Below, in pieces: positions 12,001 to 18,400 of a stretch of 64,000 bases of DNA. The notes below the pieces were generated by a model that ran no database searches, was not told the DNA's origin, and was given only the letters and a program-made list of their open reading frames with translations. Source of the DNA: Trypanosoma brucei (taxonomy: Eukaryota). Made by a program: the position numbers and the translations under genes. Numbering within the stretch: the stretch's first letter is position 1; the number at the start of each line of letters is the position of its first letter. Where the stretch lies: assembly GCA_000002445.1 (NCBI GenBank), contig CH464491.1, positions 288,001 to 352,000 on the forward strand, given 5' to 3'.

Positions 12001-12914
12001 CCCGTCCCGTTACCATTCTTGCTGAGCTGCGGCATCAAGCCCCTGTGTTTTTTGATGCCGATGGGGTAAATCACTATCATCAGTCTGGGCTGGCGCTCTT
12101 ACAGCAGCATCATGTTTCTGAAATTATTACGTGGCTCCTTACTAGTACGACGCACCGCTTTTTGCAAAAAGGTATTTTAATGGATACACGCGAGATTTGC
12201 TCAAGGATGGAAATACCTCCGAATACCACGTGCTATCTCGTCCCATATACGTTGAAGCGAGGTAGCTACGGCAAGTTCAATGTGTCGCTGTATCCTGCAT
12301 CTTCTGACATTACTTTGGTCCCTTTGGCTGCTTTGTGTAATTCGCACGTGGTAATTAACGTTGATGTTTTGCTGAAACCGGGGAGCCGGGAGGGGAGAAG
12401 AGTCGACTTTTCGGTGCACGAAGCTTGTGATGTACACTTGCTGCTGCATCAGAATAAAATTACTGACCCTGCTAGTGTCAAAAGGGGTAACCTCCTTGCG
12501 GAGGACGAGGTTTCTATGTCTGTTAATGACGAGCGGATGTCAGTCCTGGCGACCACTCGTGACACCTCCAATGCGCGTGAGCAGTCCTTGGCTTTGGAGC
12601 TTCCAACCGCTGGTCGGTATTCCGTTTTTATTGAGTGCCGAAGCCGACTCAGAACTGGTGAATGTCCTTGTACTTTGTCTATATATTCGCCGAGCCGCGC
12701 CAAAACCAGGTTGGCTCCCCTTCCGCCTAGTGGGACGCAATCGGTACTTCCAGCAATTGCACCTCGTCAGCCTCCCCGGCAGCCCGCACTTTATGGGAGA
12801 AGGTTGGATCAGCCTCCTCTCAGTGCAGGCACGGTGAGGGCCGCCGCTGCTACGCTTCCTGTAGGCTTAGTTCCAGCACCTCCAAAGTCCGGCACGACAC
12901 CGCAGCGTAGATGA
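1..12914 (+). CDS. ClpGM6: Giant calpain-like cytoskeletal protein with 68-aa GM6-type tandem repeats (5' partial; reading phase begins at nt 3, first in-window Met codon at 9). At least 50 near-identical 68-aa units, then 4 degenerate units (10173-10990) and a C-terminal calpain-like module (10990-12914).
   Basis: Single 4301-codon ORF in the supplied track. 204-bp period read directly (MNEH Met codons at 9, 213, 417 ... 8571, then 8745 ... 9969). The C-terminal part has calpain domain II/III-like sequence (WYPLLLEKAYAKF, KLHNCYYDSPTYDGPL, GGNPKFTTFRNNPIYLV). A 68-aa repeat plus calpain-like ends matches the published description of T. brucei ClpGM6/GM6 antigen. The symbol is assigned from memory, not from a search. 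Confidence 0.8.
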   Translation, partial: AAMNEHSHELAKLKASDSRSFLDPMPEGVPLSELELDKDEKFSTMEEERRKLIAEDREGNAARIAELEAAMNEHSHELAKLKASDSRSFLDPMPEGVPLSELELDKDEKFSTMEEERRKLIAEDREGNAARIAELEAAMNEHSHELAKLKASDSRSFLDPMPEGVPLSELELDKDEKFSTMEEERRKLIAEDREGNAARVAELEAAMNEHSHELAKLKASDSRSFLDPMPEGVPLSELGLDKDEKFSTMEEERRKLIAEDREGNAARIAELEAAMNEYSHELAKLKASDSRSFLDPMPEGVPLSELGLDKDEKFSTMEEERRKLIAEDREGNAARIAELEAAMNEHSHELAKLKASDSRSFLDPMPEGVPLSELELDKDEKFSTMEEERRKLIAEDREGNAARIAELEVAMNEHSHELAKLKASDSRSFLDPMPEGVPLSELELDKDEKFSTMEEERRKLIAEDREGNAARIAELEAAMNEHSHELAKLKASDSRSFLDPMPEGVPLSELELDKDEKFSTMEEERRKLIAEDREGNAARIAELEAAMNEHSHELAKLKASDSRSFLDPMPEGVPLSELGLDKDEKFSTMEEERRKLIAEDREGNAARIAELEAAMNEYSHELAKLKASDSRSFLDPMPEGVPLNELELDKDEKFSTMEEERRKLIAEDREGNAARIAELEAAMNEYSHELAKLKASDSRSFLDPMPEGVPLNELELDKDEKFSTMEEERRKLIAEDREGNAARIAELEAAMNEHSHELAKLKASDSRSFLDPMPEGVPLSELELDKDEKFSTMEEERRKLIAEDREGNAARIAELEAAMNEHSHELAKLKASDSRSFLDPMPEGVPLSELELDKDEKFSTMEEERRKLIAEDREGNAARIAELEAAMNEHSHELAKLKASDSRSFLDPMPEGVPLSELGLDKDEKFSTMEEERRKLIAEDREGNAARIAELEAAMNEHSHELAKLKASDSRSFLDPMPEGVPLSELGLDKDEKFSTMEEERRKLIAEDREGNAARIAELEAAMNEHSHELAKLKASDSRSFLDPMPEGVPLSELELDKDEKFSTMEEERRKLIAEDREGNAARIAELEAAMNEHSHELAKLKASDSRSFLDPMPEGVPLSELELDKDEKFSTMEEERRKLIAEDREGNAARIAELEAAMNEYSHELAKLKASDSRSFLDPMPEGVPLSELELDKDEKFSTMEEERRKLIAEDREGNAARIAELEAAMNEHSHELAKLKASDSRSFLDPMPEGVPLSELELDKDEKFSTMEEERRKLIAEDREGNAARIAELEAAMNEHSHELAKLKASDSRSFLDPMPEGVPLSELELDKDEKFSTMEEERRKLIAEDREGNAARIAELEAAMNEYSHELAKLKASDSRSFLDPMPEGVPLSELELDKDEKFSTMEEERRKLIAEDREGNAARIAELEAAMNEHSHELAKLKASDSRSFLDPMPEGVPLSELELDKDEKFSTMEEERRKLIAEDREGNAARIAELEAAMNEHSHELAKLKASDSRSFLDPMPEGVPLSELELDKDEKFSTMEEERRKLIAEDREGNAARIAELEAAMNEHSHELAKLKASDSRSFLDPMPEGVPLSELGLDKDEKFSTMEEERRKLIAEDREGNAARIAELEAAMNEYSHELAKLKASDSRSFLDPMPEGVPLSELELDKDEKFSTMEEERRKLIAEDREGNAARIAELEAAMNEHSHELAKLKASDSRSFLDPMPEGVPLSELGLDKDEKFSTMEEERRKLIAEDREGNAARIAELEAAMNEHSHELAKLKASDSRSFLDPMPEGVPLSELGLDKDEKFSTMEEERRKLIAEDREGNAARIAELEAAMNEHSHELAKLKASYSRSFLDPMPEGVPLSELELDKDEKFSTMEEERRKLIAEDREGNATRIAELEAAMNEHSHELAKLKASDSRSFLDPMPEGVPLSELELDKDEKFSTMEEERRKLIAEDREGNAARIAELEAAMNEHSHELAKLKASDSRSFLDPMPEGVPLSELELDKDEKFSTMEEERRKLIAEDREGNAARIAELEAAMNEHSHELAKLKASDSRSFLDPMPEGVPLSELGLDKDEKFSTMEEERRKLIAEDREGNATRIAELEAAMNEHSHELAKLKASYSRSFLDPMPEGVPLSELELDKDEKFSTMEEERRKLIAEDREGNATRIAELEVAMNEHSHELAKLKASDSRSFLDPMPEGVPLSELELDKDEKFSTMEEERRKLIADDREGNAARIARLEERMNELSRELARMKLKDRSFLDPMPEGVPLSELELDKDEKFSTMEEERRKLIAEDREGNATRIAELEAAMNEHSHELAKLKASDSRSFLDPMPEGVPLSELELDKDEKFSTMEEERRKLIADDREGNAARIARLEERMNELSRELARMKLKDRSFLDPMPEGVPLSELELDKDEKFSTMEEERRKLIAEDREGNATRIAELEVAMNEHSHELAKLKASDSRSFLDPMPEGVPLSELELDKDEKFSTMEEERRKLIAEDREGNATRIAELEVAMNEHSHELAKLKASDSRSFLDPMPEGVPLSELELDKDEKFSTMEEERRKLIAEDREGNATRIAELEAAMNEHSHELAKLKASDSRSFLDPMPEGVPLSELELDKDEKFSTMEEERRKLIAEDREGNATRIAELEAAMNEHSHELAKLKASDSRSFLDPMPEGVPLSELGLDKDEKFSTMEEERRKLIAEDREGNATRIAELEAAMNEHSHELAKLKASDSRSFLDPMPEGVPLSELELDKDEKFSTMEEERRKLIAEDREGNAARIAELEAAMNEHSHELAKLKASDSRSFLDPMPEGVPLSELELDKDEKFSTMEEERRKLIAEDREGNAARIAELEAAMKENXXXXXXXXXXXXXXXXXXXXXXXXXXXXXXXXXXKLIAEDREGNAARIAELEAAMNEHSHELAKLKASDSRSFLDPMPEGVPLSELELDKDEKFSTMEEERRKLIAEDREGNATRIAELEAAMNEHSHELAKLKASDSRSFLDPMPEGVPLSELELDKDEKFSTMEEERRKLIAEDREGNAARIAELEVAMNEHSHELAKLKASDSRSFLDPMPEGVPLSELELDKDEKFSTMEEERRKLIAEDREGNATRIAELEVAMNEHSHELAKLKASDSRSFLDPMPEGVPLSELGLDKDEKFSTMEEERRKLIAEDREGNATRIAELEVAMNEYSHELAKLKASDSRSFLDPMPEGVPLSELELDKDEKFSTMEEERRKLIAEDREGNATRICRLERKMGRRVDKLAKLKASYSRSFLDPMPEGVPLNELELDKDEKFSTMEEERRKLIAEDREGNATRIAELEVAMNEHSHELAKLKASDSRSFLDPMPEGVPLSELELDKDEKFSTMEEERRKLIAEDREGNATRIAELEECMSARVRNLAICKSTLGGVIVDERIGLVPLYLLPLGEDSVLSSLTSKLESMRCGGCLPDSVAVRDIQEQIICRVEKLAEVYLEHELDFLETVDGISVSQIALSDDKVFCEMQRSLRQLRKSPVRNAEAIRDIEYAMNNIVRELSSKLLLEDCSYLNQCPHGVPLADLPLDNRLFREIELKRRRLKEDDPLKNATRIRELEMKLNDHAERLAALMLSEERAFLEPCSHGLPLSRLQLGEDSSFLAMERERRKLLREGGKDKNRIRYLEECMREHVSNVALSLISWQDVQFHEANHSVAEMWPRIGELYPEGIRNSVFPEITQPGDTSSAPGELGYLAPFIAALSQHPPLIHRLLETKTHPVNGPYSFIFFDPNSNPVRVDIDDRVPVDAKCEPKFTRVPHRSWYPLLLEKAYAKFVGGYAKLDQCTPHETLHDLTGRPVTHIPFDEKRADGIKIGDFRSVKFWKGIKRDLAAGDVIMAMTNGSVPDGLHSQCSYALLSVIETVHESNDVSDIVIKLHNCYYDSPTYDGPLCNDDDNWTDGLKRLCHYNPEEDALYIPVPVFLRNFSSMQRCHINCGDRLTAPGEWTGVSCGGNPKFTTFRNNPIYLVENKTSRPVTILAELRHQAPVFFDADGVNHYHQSGLALLQQHHVSEIITWLLTSTTHRFLQKGILMDTREICSRMEIPPNTTCYLVPYTLKRGSYGKFNVSLYPASSDITLVPLAALCNSHVVINVDVLLKPGSREGRRVDFSVHEACDVHLLLHQNKITDPASVKRGNLLAEDEVSMSVNDERMSVLATTRDTSNAREQSLALELPTAGRYSVFIECRSRLRTGECPCTLSIYSPSRAKTRLAPLPPSGTQSVLPAIAPRQPPRQPALYGRRLDQPPLSAGTVRAAAATLPVGLVPAPPKSGTTPQRR
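9..10172 (+). repeat. In-frame tandem array of a 204-bp unit (two 201-bp variant units), about 50 copies, interrupted by a 100-N gap
   Basis: Unit boundaries phase exactly at 204-bp steps from 9 to 8571. After the gap, phase restarts at 8745. Units are more than 97% identical even at synonymous sites. Confidence 0.95.
8584..8683. other. Assembly gap (100 N) inside the repeat array. The true copy number is unknown.
   Basis: Run of n. Repeat phase is discontinuous across it. The last unit before the gap reads MKEN instead of MNEH, which suggests a low-quality contig end. Confidence 0.95.
11021..11875 (+). repeat. Dispersed near-identical coding block shared by the three calpain-like genes. Copy A of three, with copies at 32005-32859 and in part at 36318-36960.
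   Basis: Direct nucleotide comparison, e.g. caggatgttcaatttcatgaagctaacc at 11021 and at 32005. catcccgttaatggtccatattctttc at 11233, 32217 and 36318. Identical antisense ORFs in the track (11216..11524, 32199..32591, 36250..36690). Confidence 0.9.
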
Positions 12915-15415
12915 AGAAATGATGTTATTGTGGAGGAAATGAAAATGATGGCCCGTAAATTTCCACCGAAGGGTGACACATTATTTATTTATTAACGTGA
13001 TTTTGATACTGTATATACCCTATGGAGGGGTTATTGGGTGTCGAAAGTGACGGTAAAAGTCAGAAGGGTGGAACGCCTTCGTAGGTCATGAGCGGTTTTT
13101 GCGTTTGCAGTGTCGTTCTTTATTGCATTATTCTTACACGTGTGTATGCTTTTCGTGTGGGCAACAATTTCGGTATTGTTAATGGTGGACAATTGGTGCT
13201 GGTGGGCGTTAGGTAGGGCAGCTCAGGGCGTATATTATTAAATAAGTGTCTCACAAACAACGGACCATATACCGTGTGGAAGCGGGGGCGGGAAGTGAAC
13301 AAAAATTAGGGAGGAGGAAGTGGAGTAAAGGTGCAGGTGGTCAGAGAGTTTTGTGAAGTATGCCACGTGTCTTAAGTCTCTGGGATGCACTTTTATGGTG
13401 CTTTAGGGATTGACGCCTTTTTTTTTGGCGACTGTCTTGCGCCGTACTCCGTTTACTTGTTCACAAAGTGTGGTCTAACTCTTCGCCATTGTTTCTTATC
13501 TTATTTATGCGTAGATGAGTTAACTGTTCCGTTAGTTTTTTCTGACCTCTCGTGTTTGCTACAGTTTTGACGAGTGGTTGATTGTTTTTTTTTAATTTTA
13601 TCTTTCCATTTTTTTCCCTTTTGGAAACTGTTTTCGTGTTCCTTGTTTTCTGTTCATGTGATGCCATGTTTTTTTTTCTATTCGTCGCATAGGGGGTGTG
13701 CTGACGCATGGTATAAAAATATGCTCATCTGCGTGGTGTTACGTTTTCCCCTTTTTCACACGTCGCGTTGTTATTATCGTTTTGTGGTTTGTACCCTTTG
13801 TCGTGGGAGCATATTAAAGAATTGAAGAGGTTATGAAACAGCTTAAAAACATAATAACAAAGAGCGGTTCAAGTGCGGGTTGCATCAAAGAGGAAGGGGC
13901 AAGGGGAAGATCCCTTAACAAAAATACAAAGGAGGGAATACACACGAAATGACACATTATTTCCATGTAAGCGATGTTTCGATAAATTTTATTCTACAGA
14001 CTAATTTTTTCTTCTTTTTTTATTTCTCTCTCTTTGAGGGCTGTGCCTGTTTGCGTCACATCTCGTGGTGCATGGGGGAGCAGGCATTTGTTATTACTTG
14101 AAAGAGTGAAAGGAGGAGGGAAGAAAAATTTGGTCTGAAGATCAGTTGGGATGGATAGTGGTTATGTGTGAGGAAAGAAAAAGAATGAGTATTATCTTCC
14201 CTTGATTACCTTGTCCAAACACTTTAGTTTGTTAAAGCTGCTGTTTCGCATGTAAAAAAAAAGAAGTAAATGAAAGAATATTGAAGCGGTGTGTGTGTGT
14301 ATATGGCTGCCCTAAAATGGAGGAAGTGCTGGCGGGCCGAAGGTTTATGTATCGCTCTGTAGATAGTTGTGTGACGCTGAGTAGCGTTCCAAAAAAAATG
14401 ATATGATGGAGGAGGCAGCATGGGATTACTCCTGTGGAATGTTACGTTACACAAGGAGCGGTTAGAGGGGGATATACGCACACACATATGCATGCTTTCG
14501 TTCGGTAGCAGCTGCAGTAGGAAAAGTGAATAGAAGAGATAATGTCAAATAGATAAACAGCGAAATAAACGCTGGGAAAATTTTTTGTTGGGGAGTGGTA
14601 TAGAAGGTGGAGCGTGGAGTAATAAGTGGGGAGAAGAAGAAGGGGAGGGAGAGAAAAAGAAGGCGACCCCGCGCCTAGACTGTGAAGTAGCGAAGAAGAA
14701 AAAGAAAACTACGTTGGGCTTCTGACAGCTGACGCACATGGATAAAAGTGAAACATTCGTTGTTACAAAGACCTTATAACGTTGGCCAAAAGGGGGGAAG
14801 GAGCACTTAGAACTAGTAGGTCCCATACATTTCACATTTGTGCTGATCTCGGATCAGTACAGCAATGGGCCGCTCTTTTAACCATTTGGTTTTTTTTACT
14901 TTTCGCAACAGTGACGATCAATTCGAAAGAGCAACAAGTAAAACTGTTTTCCAACGTCCACTGGAGGTGATGTTTGTTGAGAGAAAGTACATTGAGATAA
15001 AGAGGTTTCCTAGTGCTATACTGTTCTCTTTTTCTTTCCTTTACCTGTGTAATTGCAACTTCCCTTGTAACAGACAAACGACGAAGAAATTGACAAAGAA
15101 AAACGACTTTGAACGCACAAAAAAAGTGTTTCATCATCAAAAACAAAACTCGAGGTAGAAACAGCATTTAAACCACAACAAAAAAACACAAATAGGGACA
15201 CAGAAGGCAATAAACCGCGATATTATAACGACATTGTAACGTAAAGTCTTTCATCCGAGGAAAAGCGAGGGTAAATCGTTCCTCATCAGGAGGCTCATTG
15301 TTGCAACAAGATTTGCGAAGAACTATCAGTCTACATATATTTATCAAAAAAGCAGTAAAAAAAACAAAATATAAAAAGAACAGAAACACTAGCGCCGTTA
15401 TCTACAGGAAAAGAG

Positions 15416-15435
15416 TGTTTTTTTTTCTTGCATAG
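15416..15435 (+). promoter_or_regulatory. Poly-pyrimidine tract plus AG: putative spliced-leader trans-splice acceptor for gene 2
   Basis: gtttttttttcttgcatag sits 28 nt upstream of ATG 15463. Trypanosomatid mRNAs are trans-spliced at an AG downstream of a poly-Y tract. Confidence 0.35.
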
Positions 15436-15462
15436 TTACCGAAGAACAATACTGACAGAATT

Positions 15463-18400
15463 ATGAATTACCAAGCAATTACCGAAATTCCAGATAGCAA
15501 TACGATATTCCATGACACCATTTTTATGAGAAACAACAAACACGTCTCGGAGCAATGGATTCGTATTGGCGAATTGTACCCCAATGGTGCGAAGGAATCA
15601 TTGCTCCCGGAGACGTTTGCACGCGAACAGTTCGGACAAGGAAGTCACTATGAGTGCTTCATGCTTTCTGCCCTCGCCACTTTAGTAAAATTCCCCGACA
15701 TCATTCGGAACTGCTTCGTGTCGAGGAATGTGCGGCGTGACGGGAGGTACACTTTTCAGTTCTTTCGTGACAAGGAATGGGTGAAGGTTGAAATTGATGA
15801 CTCTGTTATGCTTGAGGATGATGAAGTTTTGTTCATCCGATCACCCACTAGTCATTGGTGGCCGCTACTGTTTGAGAAGGCTTATGCGAAATTCTACACC
15901 AGCTACGACAATTTGGAGGGTTGTACCTTACAGGAGGCGTACCATGACTTAACTGGCAACCCCGTGCTCAACATCCCCATGGACGCGAGGCTTGCCAAGG
16001 CTGCAGGTGTGGATGTGACTGGAGGTCAGTATTGGCTTGACCTCGCACAGAAGCTGCAATCCGGCCAGTTTGTTGGTTCGCTGCTGACGAGGGAAACGGA
16101 CCTTGAGTCGATGGGCTTGCAGAGTGAGCAACAATACGGGATACTAGAGATTTTTTCGCTAACTGGGACATCATCTGTAAGCGACATTGTGATTCACCTA
16201 TACAACCCATTCGAGGACGAGGAATTCACGTACAAAGGCCCGCTGAACAGTAAGGACACGGAGTGGACCCCCAAACTCCGTGAAAAGTATAACGTGGATG
16301 ATACGCACTCCATATTTCTTCCGCTACACGTTGCCCTGAAGATCGTAAATTCGGTGCAACTTTGCTACATATCCCCTATTGATGGTGACGCGACGTATTT
16401 TGATGATGAGTGGAAGGGTGAAACTGCGGGAGGGAACCCCACGAGTGTAACATGGCGCAAGAACCCCCTATACTGCGTCAGGAACGCTGGGATCAACCCC
16501 GTGGAACTGGTTGTCGTGATTAAGCAGAAGGATCAACGACGTTACATGTCTTCTGAGGAGCGAACCATGTACCTTCAATGTGGCATTGTTGTTGTTCAGA
16601 GTACCACAGTCACACAAATACCGACATATTTTGTAACAGGGAACAATCACAAAGCAATACACAAGAGTTTGTTCCTAAACTCTCGTGAAGTGTCCAGTTT
16701 CGTTCGGATACCACCTAATTCCTTGTGCTACCTTGTACCTTCTTGCATGAAGAAGGGAGCGGAGAGTGCATTTACGCTCGCACTGTACCGAGTGAAACTT
16801 CAAGACTACAGCAATATTCTGATTAAGAAACTTGAGGTCCCCTCTATGGATTGGGGACATTGTGCCATTGGAAAGGTTACGTTGGAAACAAAAGTGAAGG
16901 AACGGGTTGATTTTTTTGTTGACTGCCCTACTGACATTCACATTTTGATGCATCAAGAAAAACCGTTTGTGAACAAAGTTGGTGGTGATATTACAACTCG
17001 GGATTACGTTGGTGTCTACCTTTATGATGACACGGACCGTAAGATTGGAGGTGTGCACGCTGCGACGAATTTCAGGGAAACAAGTGTCTTGCATCGCCTT
17101 CCTCGTAGTGGTCGTTATGCTATTTCAATTACGTGTCCCCGGGCAAGTGGTGAAGTACCCATTGCTCTCACAATTGTTGGTTCTCCTGATGCTAATGTTC
17201 GTATTGTTGAGGCTCCTGATGATGCCTCCATGTTTGATGATGAGGATGATATTGCAGAGGGTGATGAGGATGCTACTGTTTCTAATCCCATTGACTACAT
17301 TCCTGTTGCTGGTGGAGGGCAGGTGTTCACTGAGGTACCCGATAGTACGGTCCCATTTGAAGATAAACGTTTCATGGTTGATAATAAGATTATGACGAAT
17401 GAACCGTGGATCCACATTGGTGACCTTTATCCTGAGGGAAAGACGCGCTCACTTTTGCCGGAGCGTCTGAGTCGTGAGCAGTTTGAGCAGGGTGAACACT
17501 TCGAGTGCTGTTGTCTGACCGCTTTTGCAGCGCTGGTGGAGCACCACCCCAACGTAATTCGTGACGCGTTTGTGACGAAGGCTGTACGACGTGACGGACG
17601 GTACACGTTCCGGTTCCACCGCTACGGTCAGTGGGTGAAGGTGGAGATTGATGATCGTATTCCCCTTCTTGGTGGGAAAACTTTATTCTGTCGATCATCT
17701 GATGGTTATTGGTGGCCACTACTACTAGAGAAGGCGTATGCTAAGTTCTACACACTATACCAAAATATTGAGGGATGTACGCTGCGGGAACTGTTTTACG
17801 ACCTAACAGGGCTTCCTGTGCTTAGCATTCCGATGGAGTTGAAACTCGCGAAGGCTGTACTGTGTGATGTTGATGATGTGAGTTTTTGGGTTGAGCTCAG
17901 TGAGGGTCTGAAGGATTGTGCGTGTGCTGCCGTTGCACGCCCCGGTTTCGATGACACCCTTGGTTTGTCCAATGGGCAAGAGTACGCTGTCCTTGATGTG
18001 GTATCGTTAACGGATGGTGAGGCCTCTTCCATATCTGATCTTGTTGTAAAACTTCATAATCCGTTTCTGGAGACTGAGTACAAAGGCCCTATGAATGCAA
18101 GCGATGCTGCGTGGTCGTCTGAGCTGCGTACCCGTCTATGTCCGGAGCGACGGGATACTATCTACATTCCCGTGGAAGTTTTCTGCAATGCATTTCTCAC
18201 TGTGGAGAAAGTTATGGTGCGTGGTCTTATTGTTCCCGGGTGGCAATTCAACAGTGAATGGGGTGAGGGCACGAACGGTGGCAATCCAACACTTGTGACG
18301 TGGCGTGAGAACCCCATTTACGTTGTGCAGAACACTGCGGATACCCCGTTACAGATTATTGCAATGATTGGGCAACCTGATCAGCGTCGCGTGCTACACC

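Noticed and set aside
11211-12080. Identical short antisense and sense ORFs recurring at 11211-12080, 32194-32661 and 36250-37162
   Set aside because: They recur only because the underlying calpain-module block is triplicated. They are by-products of the duplication, not independent genes.
13120-15389. Small ORFs in the interval between gene 1 and gene 2
   Set aside because: They are low-complexity, lie in a T-rich/A-rich UTR-like region, and have no domain signal. This is the typical intergenic region of a polycistronic unit.
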